From assembly GCF_009914755.1 (NCBI RefSeq), contig NC_060928.1: a DNA stretch of 64,000 bases, one strand, 5' to 3'. Below the pieces are notes generated by a model. It saw nothing but the letters and a program-made list of their open reading frames with translations, was not told where the DNA came from and did not search any database. Origin of the DNA: the human T2T-CHM13v2.0 reference genome, Homo sapiens. This document shows, in pieces, positions 1 to 43,939 of the stretch (the stretch's first letter is position 1; every line of letters starts with the position of its first letter). A program made the translations under genes and the position numbers.

Positions 1-56
1 CCTGCTTTGGCCTCCCAAAGTGCTGGGATTACAGACATGAGACACCACACTTTGCC
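1..56 (-). mobile_element. Alu (5' end, partial)
   Basis: gcctcccaaagtgctgggattacag motif. Confidence 0.85.
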
Positions 57-721
57 TATTTTCTCTTTACTTAGTTTCTTTCTTAAATGGAAAGTCATTG
101 AAGAACTCTATAAGGTTCTAATTTTGATTGCTTTTTCAGTGACTCTGATGAACACATTATTGTAGTATCCGGGCAGTCTAGCTATTTAAATACTAAGTGG
201 TACTGAAATTATGACCATTTTGCAGGTTAGTACTGAAAATTTCAATTTCAGTTTTAAATTCCAAATAAAAAAAGGCACGAAGTCGTTTACAAGAAGCACA
301 TGAAATAAAATGGAAATTAAAAAATCTGAAAGCAGGAATAAGGAAAGAAAAAGCAAATTGGCCAAATCATACTAAAGAGAGAAATAAGATGAGTTATAAA
401 TTCAAATTATATGAGAGGAGAAGGCATATAATACTTATTTTACCTTAAATTCATTGAGTGGCCTTTTTATATTCAGTTTTTCTTGAAAAAATAGTTTTGC
501 TTCTCTCCTCAGACATCTTTGTGAATTGCCCTTCACTTTAGTTAGGTCTTGCCTTAAATGCCAAGACATCAGAGTTCTCTCCCATCACACTAATTAAAAT
601 AGAGCGTCTGTCTCCAGAATCCTACATGGTCTTCCAGCTTCTACCTTTGTTCTTTCCGATCCATTCTCTATGCTGGAGTCAGAGTGCTCTTTTGAAACCC
701 AAGTCAGCCCATGCTGTTCTG

Positions 722-1001
<280 letters not shown>

Positions 1002-1144
1002 CCTGTTCTGCTGTTTAAAACCCTCCAATGGCTTCCAATTTCCATTAGAACAATTTGGACACTCACATGGCCTGTAAAGCCTTTCCTAGTCTGGCCACCA
1101 TCTCACTCCTATCTCTGACTTTTCTTCTTTTACCACTTTCCTGT

Positions 1145-1579
1145 TGTTGTGAGCTGAATTGTGTCTCCCTACCTTCCAAATTCATGTTTTGAGGTCCTAA
1201 CCCCCAATACCTCAGAATGTGACCTTATTTGGAAATAAGGTTGTTGCAGATGTAGTTAGTTAAGATGAGGTCATACTGGAGTAGGATGGGTCCCCTAATC
1301 CATTATGATTGGTATGCTTGTGAAAAGGGGACATTTGGACACAGACACACACTCAGGGAGAATGCCTCATGAAGACTGGAGTGATGCTGCCACAAGCCAA
1401 GGAAATACCAAGCCTAGGAGATGGCCTGGAACGGATCCTTCCCTACGCCTTCAGAGGGAGCATGGCCCTGCAGGCACCTTGATCCTAGACTTCAAGATTC
1501 CAGAACGGTGAGACAAGAAATTTCTGTGAAGCCACTCAGTTTGTGGTACTTTGTTACAGCAACCCTAGTGGACTATTAC
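1145..1579 (+). mobile_element. MLT1B/C MaLR LTR
   Basis: tgttgtgagctgaattgtgtc...cctcagaatgtgaccttatttggaaataag...tttgttacagcaacc. Confidence 0.8.
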
Positions 1580-1786
1580 ACCTCTGTTTGCTCTTTAGCA
1601 TTCTGGACTGTTATGGTTCCTCAAACAGGCCAGATGTAGTTCCTCCTCAGGGCTTCTGCATTGCAAGTTCAGGCTGCCTGGTATCTTTGCACAAGTATTT
1701 GCATGGCCCACTCCCTTACTCCTCTCTGCTCAAATGCCACTTGTTCTAGGGGTCTTCTCTGGGCCCTCTATTAAAAACAGCACCCA

Positions 1787-2305
<519 letters not shown>

Positions 2306-2321
2306 AAAATATGTAAGTAAA

Positions 2322-2602
2322 GGCTAGGCACGGTGGCTCACGCCTGTATCCCAGCACTTTGGGAAGCAGAGGCGGGTGGATCACTTGAGGTCAGGAGTTC
2401 AAGACCAGCCTGACCAACATGGTGAAACCCCCATCTCTCCTAAAAATACACAAATTAGCTGGGCATGGTGGTGGGCACCTGTAATTCCAGCTACTTGGGA
2501 GGCTGAGGCAGGAGAATCACTTCAACCTGAGAGGTGGAGGTTGCAGTGAGTTGAGATCATGCCATTGCACTCCAGCCTGGGTAACAGAGTGAGTCTGTCT
2601 CA

Positions 2603-2665
<63 letters not shown>
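2322..2665 (+). mobile_element. AluS with A-tail followed by (TA)n(CA)n microsatellite
   Basis: Full dimer 2322-2620; microsatellite 2621-2665. Confidence 0.92.
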
Positions 2666-3546
2666 GCACATATATGTGAAAATTTAAATCCTGAAGCTTG
2701 GAACTAGGGTTAACTGTAAAGGCATGCTAACCAATACATTCCTTTTTAAAATGAGATATTCCTAGTTACCACTGGGTCCTAGAGAAAGAGTATGGTTCTG
2801 GACTTCAGAGAACTTAAAATGTTAATAAACACACATCACTAGTGAAAATTATATGACCGGTTGATATTTCACTTTCATTAAGACTTTAGATTCTCTAAAA
2901 TAATTAAACCTACTTTTGATAAAGTTAATATTTCCTACCCACTATTTAATTAGTTGTGTTAGAAAAGAAATTTGAAGATATACTGTGCTCTACACGAATT
3001 ACAGGGAAAGCATCTTATGTGCAGGGGAGGAAATTCCTAGAGTGGACAAATAGTCAAATTTAAATTAAAAGAAAACTATGCCAAGTGACAACTGCTCCAT
3101 TATCGGCCACCTTGAAATTGCCATGTTGAATACCACCAGGACCAGCTACTCCAGCTGCTTGAAGTCATTGTAGACCATGACCAGGGAGACCATGGCTTCC
3201 ACACAGAAGCTAAGCAGACCACGGTAGGAAACCCATGTAATTTTTGTTCAGGCCCACACTGACGGTGACTGCACGGATGTGACTTTCAATGTGATTCCTA
3301 TTGCTTGGTAGTAGCCCCTTTGCCACCGATATTTATATATTTTTACCATCGCCTTTAGGAATCTCTGTTTGTCCAACTGAAAAAGGGATCATGTCACCAG
3401 TTAAGGTGTTAAATGTATTTGTAAATGATAAAAGAGCCATGCTATAGAATATTTTGAAAATAAGGAAAAAAATTACCCAACTGTTACCATTTTGGTAATG
3501 TTTTCTGTGTTCACATAGTTGTAATTAAACTATGGCTATGCTTCTT

Positions 3547-3942
<396 letters not shown>

Positions 3943-4179
3943 TAATGGTGTTTTAGTGGTTGCCTCAAATTCAGTTAAGTGGATGAACCATAATTGACAA
4001 CATTTTCCTATTGTGAGACCTTTAGTCACAACACCTCTGCCCCTGTCCCCAGCTTTCTGCTATTTTAAACTGCAATTACTATCTTCACATTTTTAAAGCA
4101 TCTTCCATAGTTTGCATAATTCTTTACTACAAATGTCTAAAAGTGGGATCCTTGGCAGGGAGGAAAGGGTTAACTGAGC

Positions 4180-4682
4180 GGATCTCGGCCACTTAAACCA
4201 CACACATTACCAATGAATGGGGGTTTTCATGACTGGCCCTTGGCTGGCTCCTTGGAACTGAGCCCTTGAAACATTCTGACTGATAAGAGCATTTTGCCTG
4301 CTGGGAGGTCTTCAGCTATACTGTACTTCATTTAGTTTTTCCATTTAGTTTATCCTAACAATGTGATTTACAGTGAAGACCTGCGTTCCCTCTCTGGCTG
4401 CAGCTTCAGTAACTGAGGTCAGCCATGCAGGCACTGTATGCGTATGTGATGGCCATTAAGAAAAACTCTGGGCCACCAGTCTCAGGTGAGGTGAGGCGTG
4501 GTTGCATGTGTTATCACACATCCTTGCCGGAGGAATTAAGTACATCCTTTGGGACCTCACAGAGACTCTACTGAGACAGGAGACTTGGAAACTTGTGCCT
4601 GGAAGTTTCCTCCAGATTTCGCTCCATGCACAATCACAGGTGAGTCCATTTAGTAAATCGTCAAGCTTGGAGACCCTTGACA
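4180..4682 (+). mobile_element. Old LTR, MER21/MER68/MER77-like
   Basis: ttggctggctcc...gagcccttgaaacattctgactgataagag and ggaaacttgtgcctgg motifs, recalled. Confidence 0.45.
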
Positions 4683-6423
4683 CCCCTGGCTATACTGATT
4701 GGCATCAGTTGCAGATAATGAAAACTACTCTAGCTGATTAAAGCAATAAGTGTTTATTGTCATGTATTCTATGATTTCCAAAATTGTTGAAAATTATTTA
4801 CTAGCACGTATTCTGTGGTTTCCAAAGATGTTGGAATTGCTAAAAAAGTAAATGGAGCTTCCAGGAACCATTTCTAGCACCAGCATTTCACCGCTTCTGC
4901 CAGAATTAGAAAGCCACCAAACTAATAAGCTATTTGCTATAAAAATCATACTGCCTTAGCTAGGATCCATGTCAGCAAAACGCGTGCCTTACATCTTACC
5001 TTGCTGCCCTCTTAACTCACCCCTGAATCCAGGCATCTGAATGACAGCCATATCTGACACTGTAACTGCAGGGGCATCTGCAAATGGAGCATTTTGCATT
5101 TACAGTGCTCAAAGATACAAGCAGGAAATTAGAATTTATGCTGAGTGAGCTAATCCACAGTATCTAACACATTGCATTCAAGGGTATGAATATTTTAACG
5201 TTTCTTGGTAGACACTGCCAAACTGCTTTTCCAGAAGGCTGGAGAAATTCACAATGGCAATAGCAATGAATAACGCTCCATTTTTCCAACACTTTATAGT
5301 TTCCTAATGAGGGAAAGATAATCTCAGCAGACAAAAACAAACACTAAGTCATAAGGCACTGTGTGTGCTCACTCTTTTTCTTGCTGTTTTCTTTGAAGAA
5401 AACAGATTTGTTAAGATTGTGGTGAGGAATAATCCCTTGCTTGAAAGCTGCAACTCTAAGTCGATTTACAAATCAACTATTCTATGATGGTGACTTAAAA
5501 ACAAACAAACAAAACCAAAGCAAGGCACTCATCCGTGCAATGCTGGACTAAGCAATTTTGGTTATTGTTGAAAAGTACTGAATAAAGTATGGGGAAGGCT
5601 TATTTTACTTTTATAAGTCTCTCTAATTTATAATTTTCTGTTCCCACAGTGAAGAGAATTGTCAGGTTCCTCATCTTGGTCCTCCTCCAGGCCCTGCGTC
5701 TCTTCAATCAGTCCTACATAATTACCACTGGTTGCCTTAGAAATAGGGATTTGGGCTTGGGGTCAGCTGCTTTGATCTTTGAGGTTGAGATTTCTGCTTG
5801 AGAATTTTAGCTGTTGAAAGATGTAACATCTCATCCAGACGTGCAGGAAAATAATAACTGTGATGGAGATGTTTATATACACAAGGGATGGCATAAATGA
5901 TAATGACATAAACTTCCTAATTCCGCAAAGATACTTACAACTTTACAATTATTGGGTCATAGGACACTTCGTCAATTTGTTAAACAGAAAATGAATAGAA
6001 AATGAATACAGGGTATTTATGATACACTGTCACAATGAGATCCTATTCTAGATATTACATGTGTATGCAGAGAACATTGCAAAGGAAGCATGCTAAATGC
6101 TTATAGCAGTTATCACCAGGGGTGAGACAGTGAGTGGCTTTTACTTTATTCCTTATACATTCTGGATTGTTTGAAAATTCTAAAATGAGCATATCTTACT
6201 TTAATAAAGATTTTAAAAGGTGAGAAAAAAATAGTTAAAAAATATTTCCTAATACCTTAAAGGGTTGTAGTAGATTTAAATTACATAATTGATAAGAATG
6301 TATTTTTGTAAATTATGTAGTATTATGAAAATACAATGTAGTAAATTTTCCTAAGTCCATGATCTCCCCTCCTTACTTAGAATTAATGGGTCTGATGCCT
6401 TTAGGTATGTTTAGTTTAAGAAT

Positions 6424-6429
6424 TTTATT
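6424..6429 (-). terminator. Candidate AADAT polyadenylation signal AATAAA (distal); a second AATAAA lies at 6880-6885
   Basis: tttatt on + strand ~690 nt after the stop, in AT-rich 3'UTR; actual usage not visible from sequence. Confidence 0.6.
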
Positions 6430-6923
6430 TTAAAGGAATTTCTGTGGCATAACATAAGGTTTATGGTACTTTTACTAAAAGTCACTTATAATGACCAAAT
6501 TATAACAATTTTTGCAATAAGCTCTCATTAAATTTTCCTAAAAGTAGAAAAAGTACACATTATATACCATTTTGCACTTAATTACTTCTTTAAAATCTCA
6601 AAATAATTCAGTGTAAAATGTTAGTTTCAAAGACAATTTATGGGAAATTACAAAGCAACTACAAAGTTCTTCATAATAAATCCAAGATAAAAGTAACTTT
6701 TTACAGGTTGAAAGTTTTTCAAAATGCCTAAGTGGATTATAAATACAGTTTGGCCATCTGATGAATTTAGAGGCACTTTAAAAGGTGTCTAGTTGAACTA
6801 CTACAGATAGGACATTTTTGAGGAAATTTAATCTTTAAGTCTAATACCAGTGTTCATTTCTTCCTGCCAAAACAAGAAATTTATTGGAAAAATCCATGAG
6901 CAGCATGATTAGTTTGATTTCTT

Positions 6924-7098
6924 TCTCTTTTTTTAGAGACAGGGTCTTGTTCTGCCATGCAGGCCAGAGTGCATGCAGGCCAGAGTGCAGTGGTGTGATC
7001 GTAGCTTACTGCAGCCTTGAATTCCTGGGTTCAAGTGATCCTCCCTCCTCTGCCTCCCAAAGTGCTGGGATTATAGGTGTGAGCCACCATGCCCAACC
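6924..7098 (-). mobile_element. Alu monomer (FRAM-like or arm-recombined) in the AADAT 3'UTR, sense to the mRNA
   Basis: Single ~170-bp monomer; TSD tagttt(g/a)atttctt at 6910-6923 / 7099-7112. Confidence 0.88.
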
Positions 7099-7111
7099 TA
7101 GTTTAATTTCT

Positions 7112-36560
<29,449 letters not shown>

Positions 36561-37228
36561 GCATTTTGCCCGCTCAGACCATGGCTATGCTAAATACCCA
36601 TCTTTCGTTAGTGAAACTCTGGGCACTCTCCTGGGAAGCATCCCGGCGACCAAGACGAATTTCAACATCACTTTCTCGAAGATCTCAGCATTTTGGAGTG
36701 ACGATGGAGTTCTGACAAAAATTTTTGAAAAATCACTCTGAGTCTCTTCAATTTTAGTGTCTACCCTCACATTGAATTTCTGACCTTTCGTTAAATAAGA
36801 ATTATGTTGGAAGTGAATATCCGGATCTTTTTGGGTCTAGCACCTTGCCTTTTTTTTTCTTACAAAATAACCCTTCTTACTCCCCACCTCCCTCAACTTT
36901 TCTGCAATTTCTCCTTCCTGAATCACCAAAATGGAATGTACAAGGTTTAATGTGAGCACTTAATGAGGGAAGGGTTTCAGACAACCTCTCTTTGACTTTA
37001 AAAAATTCTTTAATGGTTATTAAAATGAATGAACAGATTCATTCATTCAGCACAAATTTACTGAGTACTTCCTAGATGATTATTGACTCACTGCCAAATG
37101 GCTCTCTTTTAAGTTTACCTAATAGGTTGGTCAAGGAGCCACTGCTTTTATCTAGGTCCTGGCAGCAAAAGGCTGAGATAACCCAGTAAAATCTTTGTGC
37201 TAGCAGCTAAATAACAAAAAGGAAGTAT

Positions 37229-38761
37229 TGAGAGGTGACAGCCTGCTGGCAGCCCTCGCAGCCCTCGCTCACTCTTGGCGCCTCCTCGGCCTCAGCGCTC
37301 ACTCTGACCGCGCTTGAGGGGCCCTTCAGCCCGCCGCTGCACTGTGGGAGCCCCTTCCTGGGATAGCGGAGGCCGGAGCCGGCTCCCTCAGCCTGCGGGG
37401 AGGTGTGGAGGGAGAGGCACGGGCGGGAACCAGGGCTGTGCGGGCGCTTGCGAGCCAGCTAGAGTTCCGGGTGGGCGTGGGCTTGGCGGGCCGGCACTCA
37501 GAGCGGCGGGCCGGCTCCGCCAGACCCGGGTAGTGAGGGGCTTAGCACCCGGGCCAGCAGCTGCGGAGGGTGTGCCCAGTCTCCCAGCAATGCCGGCTCA
37601 CCGGCGCTACCTTCGAATTCTCGCCAGGCCTCAGCTGCCTCCCAGCGGGGCGGGACTCGGACCCGCAGCCAGCCATGCCTGAGCCTCCCCACCACCCACC
37701 CGTGGGCTCCTGCGCTGCCCGAGCCTCCCTGACGAGTGCCGCCCCCTGCTCCACAGCACCCGGTCCCATTTACCGCCCAAGGGCTGAGGAGTGCGGGCTC
37801 ACAGCCCGGGACTGGCAGGCAGCTCCACCTGTGGCCCCAGTGCCGGCTCCACTGGGGGAAGCCAGCTGGGCTCCTGAGTCTAGAGGAGACTTGGAGAACC
37901 TTTATGTCTAGCTAAGGGATTGTGAACACACCAATCAGCACCCTGTGTCTAGCTCAGGGTTTGTGGATGCACCAATGGGCACTCTGTATCTAGCTAATCT
38001 GATGGGGACTTGGAGAATCTTTATGTCTAGCTAAGGGATTGTGAATACACCAATCAGCACTCTGTATCTAACTCATGGTTTGTAAATGCACCAATCAACA
38101 CTCTGTATCTAGCTCAGGGTTTGTAAATACACCAATTAGCACTCTGTATCTAACTAATCTAGTGGGGACTTGGAGAACTTTTGTGTGTAGCTCAGGGATT
38201 GTAAACGCACCAATCAGCACCCTGTCAAAATGGACCAATCAGCTCTGAAAAACAGGCCAATTGGCTCTCTGTAAAATGGACCAATCAGCAGGATGTGGAT
38301 GGGGCCAGATAAGAGAATAAAAGCAGGCTGCCTCAGCCACCAGCGGTAACCCGCTTGGATACTTTTGCAGCGTGTGGTGGTTTTGTTTTCTCGCAGTTTG
38401 CAATAAATCTTGCTGCTGCTGACTCTTTGGGTCCACATTGCTTTTATGAGTTGTAACACTCACCGCGAAGGTGTGCAGTTTCTCTCCTGAGGCCGTGGAG
38501 ACCACGCACCCACAGGGAGGAGTAAACAAATCCAGCCGAGCTGTCTTAAGAGCTGTAACACTCACCGCCAAAGTCTGCAGCTTCACGCCAGCAGCCAGTG
38601 AGACCACGAACCCACCAGAAGGAAGAAACTCCCAACACATCCGAACCTCAGAAGGAACAAACTCTGGACACACTGACTTTAAGAACTGTTAACACACCGC
38701 GAGTGTCTGCGGCTTCGTTCTTGATGTCAGTGAGACCAAAACCCCACCAATTCCAGGCACA
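37229..38761 (+). mobile_element. Solo LTR12C-type (ERV9) LTR
   Basis: TGAGAGGTGACAG...CCAGGCACA termini; 4-bp TSD GTAT (37225-37228 / 38762-38765); GC-rich U3; nine CCAAT boxes 37931-38285; AATAAAA TATA-like box 38316-38322. Confidence 0.93.
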
Positions 38762-39326
38762 GTATCTAGTAAACCTGTTAGAAACCCACGAGGCAAAATG
38801 CTTCTGCGTTCAGAGACTTCAAGTAGTTGAAATCCCATTTGATGGCTTAATAGCTGGGTGTTTTTGGACAAGTTAATTAACCTTTCTCTGTATTGGTTTT
38901 CTCGCAGGCATGTTGACAGGAATAAATGAGATAATCTGTGTTAAACTAATCAGTGCAGTGGTCTGCACGTTGTAAAAACGCTATGAACATTGGCTGTTGT
39001 TAGTAACATGCATTTAAGCAAACCTTAAGGCCTCAGCCTCCAAATGTTTTTGACTAAAGCTATTTGGCAACTTTTAAGGCCTGTTCTCAGTTAATCCATG
39101 CACACAGATCCTTATGTGTTTGAGCTTGTCCATTCTAAAAGTAGTTCCTGAATTTTTATAGAAGTTAACAAGCACTGGAAACATCTAAATAAGGTGTAGA
39201 TCAAGGTAAATTGTAACTTGTAACTAGATATGTTGATGTTCCTGGGGACTTAAGGCTTTTTTTTGATAGGGGAGGACTCTAACTGAGCAAGGTTTCCTTA
39301 GATACTTAGAAGAAAATTTAAACTTT

Positions 39327-39628
39327 GGCCAGGAGGTGTGGTTCACGCCTGTAATCCCAGCACTTTGGGAGGCCAAGGTGGGTGGATCAACTGAGGTCAG
39401 GAGTTGGAGACCAGCCTGACCATCATGGCAAAACCCCATCTCTACTAAAAAATACAAAAATTAGCGGTGTTTGGTGGCAGATGCCTGTAATCTCAGCCAC
39501 TCGGGAGGCTGAGGCATGAGCATTTTTCGAACCCGGGAGGCGGAGGTTGGAGTCAGCTGAAGCCGAGATCACGCCACTGCACTCCAGTGGGGGATTGAGC
39601 TGGGGGATAGAGCGAGACTCTGTCTCAA
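39327..39628 (+). mobile_element. AluS (tail nearly absent)
   Basis: Dimer; ends tctgtctcaa, then the TSD-like aatttaaa. Confidence 0.88.
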
Positions 39629-39764
39629 TTTAAATTTCTTCCATTTGGTAGTAGGAACCTGTTCGGTCAAAGGAATTTGGAGTGCTGGGCCAAGGAAAAG
39701 ACCAAAGGTTTTTGTAAGCACGTTGATGCACCCGTCTGTGATTTGTAGTATTTATTACTCACAG

Positions 39765-40077
39765 GCTATTTATTTTATTTTGAGAGGCAGAGTGTCTAGA
39801 GTCTCACTTTGTTATCCAGGCTTGAATGCAGTGGCGCCAACCATAGCTCACTGCAGCCTCGTCTTCCCGGGCTCAAGCATTTCTCTCACCTCAGCTTCCT
39901 GGGTAGCTGGGACTACAGGTGAACACCACTACACCAGGATAATTTTTTAAAATACCTTGTAGAGACAGGGTCTCCCTATGTTGCCCAGTCTAGTCTTGAA
40001 GTCCTGGCTTCAAGTAGTCCTCCCACTTTGGCCTCCGGAAGTGCTGAGATTACAGGCATGAGCCAGCGCACCTGGCC
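39765..40077 (-). mobile_element. AluJ
   Basis: Antisense dimer; TSD cacaggc. Confidence 0.88.
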
Positions 40078-40882
40078 TCACACAGGCATTTTTAAAAATA
40101 CGTAATTAATTGATTTTTTTACCCCCTTTCCAATCAGTGGTAACACAATTTAAGGAAGCCAAACTGAAGAGCTGTGAGAGCATCAAATCCTAAGGTGCAG
40201 GTTTTCAACCCTTAAACAGTTTGCTGAATTTTCTATTTGGCCTGTCCTGGAGTTGTACTGGTGAGACGGTTGGGGGTGCTGATTGATTGCAAGCTGGCTG
40301 ATGATTCAGGCCAGATGGAGAGGCAGAGAAATGGCCCATCAGGGCAGGCTAATGGAATGCAGGGGCACTGGGGGGTCATGATCAGCAAATGCAAGGCAGA
40401 ATATAGTCACAGTGGTGGGGAAGGGACAAGCAAGGGTTAAGTTGGGAAGAGCTTACCAGACAATAGAAGCTGAAGACTGAAGGTAAATTTGATTGCCAGA
40501 GAAACTAGACTTTGGATTTGTCAGGCACCAACAGCAGAAGGCTTCTCCTGAGGGACTAAGATAAATGAGCAAGGTTCATAGCTCAGTGTTGCCTTTTTAG
40601 AAGCTTGGCTTAGGACTGCCCAAGGACGGAATTAAAGACACCAGATTCTTTCTCCAAACATTTACTGAATTCTTACTCTGTTCTAGGAACTGTAATTGAT
40701 TTAAAAAGATAACTATGACAAGTCACTACTCTTGAAAAGGAACTGTTTGTACATTAAGACATCAACAATTTCAGATAATACAATGTTTGTGGCAGAGGCA
40801 GGTACAAGCTGCTAAGGAAAGCAGAGAGAAGGAAGTCTTTTTCTTCTTCTCCTCTCCCCTCCCCTCCCCTCTCCTTTTCTTT

Positions 40883-41803
40883 TCTTGAGTATCCCTTATC
40901 TGAAATGCTTGGGAACAGAAGTATTTGGGGGTTTTGGATTTCTTTACATTTTGGAATATTTGCATATACATAATAAGATACCTTGGGGATGGAACCCAAT
41001 CCTAAACATGAAATTCTCATTTACATTTCATATACGCCTTATGCACATAGCCTGAAAGTAATTTAATACAATATTTAAAATAATTTTGTGCATGAAACAA
41101 AGTTCATGTACATTGAACCACCCATGTAGGCCCTCTGTGGTTGTTTGGCATCATCATCATTCCTGACTCTGAGTTTATATGCTACTGATAGGCAATCATT
41201 TTCTTATAATTATTCACACATAGTAATTAACAGTAAAATATTTTGTTAATCATTAGTACAGTGAAGAAATAATGTGTTTAGGTCAACTGAGCAGCACAGC
41301 AGCATCAGCACATTACCTGTATCAGCTGTTAAACAGCAGTAACAGCAAACAATGGCAGGAGTTCAGTCTCTAGATATGATGCTGTGTTTTGATTAAGGTT
41401 ATGTAGACCATATTTTATATTTTAGATGAGAAGAAATGTCAGAAGCAGTTGAAGGACCAGAAAGTGGGTCCCGTAGGGATGAGGAGTCAATCTGCTGGAT
41501 GGATTTTAAAAATCTGTCCTCCAGAGTCATCTGCCTCACCTCATTAACAATGGTTTTTGTCTGAGAAGGCACTCTTTGATTTCATAAGCTGACATGGTTT
41601 CTTGTTCTCTTATACATGCATGCTGCTCTAGTGCTTAAAAAAGCCCATCACAGATTTTCACCATGTCAGCTATAGACACTTTTCCTGCTGAGTTAACATT
41701 ATCTTTATCATCCACTTGTGGCATCATTTTGGTGCTCAAAAAGTTTCAGATTTTGGAGCATTTTGGATTTCAAATTTTTGGATTAGAGATGTGCAACTTG
41801 TAC
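40883..41803 (+). mobile_element. Tigger4/Zombi (MER46)-like DNA transposon
   Basis: gagtatcccttatctgaaatgcttggga start; ttttggattagagatgtgcaacttgta end. Confidence 0.75.
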
Positions 41804-42142
41804 AAATAAGATCACATTCACACGTTGTGTGTGTGCACGATTTTTGGGAGACTATTCAGACCACTATAGTCAATGACTAAAGGAGCCTAATATGTAATAG
41901 TCTGAGAGATTAGAGGACAACCAGAAGTTTACAGTGAGAAAGACAGCAAAGGAAGGGAATGTTTTGAGAAAGACCGAAGGGCTCCTAAGAGGATAAACTT
42001 ATATCTTTTATCTTGCAACTCCGGGGTCATAGATTCAATTACCGCTAACTAATACGAGTAACACTCAATTGCTTTAAGACTGTTTTGGGTTCTTATGCTA
42101 GCCCATGTCTCATCAAGGAATAAGCATGAGATTGTGTCTTAG

Positions 42143-42568
42143 TGTCTTAGTTCATTTAGTGTTGCTAAGCAGAACACCCGAGGATGGGTACTTTATAAAG
42201 AAAATAGGTTGATTTGACTCATGATTCTGAAGGCTGGAAAATATAAGAGCATGATACTTGCATCTGATCAGCTTCTGGGGAGGGCCATGTGCTGTGTCAA
42301 GACATGGCAGAGAAGTGGAACACTGAGGGGACATATGCAAAGAGACAAACACTAAAGGCTGGGCTTACTTCATAATGCCTGTTCTTGCAGTAACTTATCC
42401 AGTCCTGTGAGAGTGAAAACTTACTCTCATAAGATGGCATGAATCAATTCATGAGGGATCTGCCTCCATGGTCCAAAGACCTCCTATTAGGCTCCACCTC
42501 CCAATGCTGCTGCACTGGTAATTAAACTTCATGAGTTTTTGTGGTGACAAAATCCAAACCACATCACA
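42143..42568 (-). mobile_element. MST/MLT1A-type MaLR LTR
   Basis: tgtcttagttcattt...ctcatgattctgaaggctgg...ccacctcccaa. Confidence 0.75.
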
Positions 42569-42581
42569 TAGTAACTTGAAA

Positions 42582-42643
42582 AAATTGCTATTCATAAATG
42601 GCATCTACCTCAGAAATAATTCTTTGAGTTAGGTGGACAGCCT
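42582..42643 (+). repeat. Dispersed direct repeat, copy 1 (partner 46423-46484)
   Basis: aaattgctattcataaatggcatctacctcagaaataattctttgagttaggtggacagcct; ~55/63 identical to copy 2 by hand alignment. Confidence 0.85.
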
Positions 42644-43289
42644 TGCCTTATGGCCAATATATCCCTGTTGAGGTTATGTATATTGGAGATCTCAGTCATT
42701 AATTTGGGTGCACTTTGGAGTGCAGAAGAGAAACACAAAAATAACCACTGGATTCTGATAGAGACAGAAATGTACTGAGGTCCGTAGTGTAACCATCATA
42801 ATAGAACGGTCAGTCAAAGCTTGAGGGATGGCAGATATTACTTGTCATGAAATGGGTAGGCAACTCTAGAACTTCATAATTAAATAGAAATAGTATCATC
42901 TTAGAGAACTGTTCAGAATCAACACCCTTGTGTGTTGAGTCTATGGGTATGGTCTTTGGAAAGAGACACAATATATCTTTAGACTGAAGACCATAGGATG
43001 ACTCTGTGGAATGCTGTCCTTGTCATTCAGGATGCTGGCTGCTCAGCTGTTAAATAGCTAATGTTCATTTGGTATAATGCCATTTTTCTGTTACATGCAT
43101 CGTATGTAGGATACTTGTTTATATTATATGTATTTTAAATCTTGTCAGTCTATTCCTCATTTCTTTTAACATCTTTCATATTTTATGACTCTCACTGTGC
43201 TGTGTCCTTGTGGATTTTGTAGTTATATTTTTCAAGTATTCATTTTTAAATTCAATTATTTGTAGTTGTTTGCACATTTTTCTCAGTTG

Positions 43290-43587
<298 letters not shown>

Positions 43588-43939
43588 AAGTTTTAAATGT
43601 CAATGAAAATATTTTTTGTTTCTAGGATTCTGATGAATTCTTTTCCATATTTGTGATTCTTTCACATATTCATCTGCTTTATTTAGATTTTGAAAAGGGG
43701 ATATCATTTTCACCACTAATTCTTTCAGGTCTTAAATATACTTGTTTTTAGGCGTTTCTCATATTGCTTTCTTATTTTCATCTTCATGAGAGTGAATTCC
43801 CATCTGTTGAGCTTCTCTTGGCCCATATTTCATAGTGTCTGCTTTCCCCATGTCTTTGACATTTTGAATGGGTAGTGTTTTCTCTCCTAGTACTCTCTCC
43901 TTTCTTCTGGCAGTATTCATTGCTTCCTCCAAAATTCCA

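Noticed and set aside
3075-3360. Coding-looking, balanced-composition stretch downstream of AADAT
   Set aside because: The frames I translated by hand contained stops and resembled no protein I recognise; needs BLASTX
5630-5716. Acidic minus-strand peptide (GLIEETQGLEEDQDEEPD) after an AG
   Set aside because: Poor pyrimidine tract, no recognisable homology, and beyond the likely AADAT poly(A) site
37314-38876. Several 100-144 aa ORFs
   Set aside because: Lie within, or start within, the LTR12C sequence
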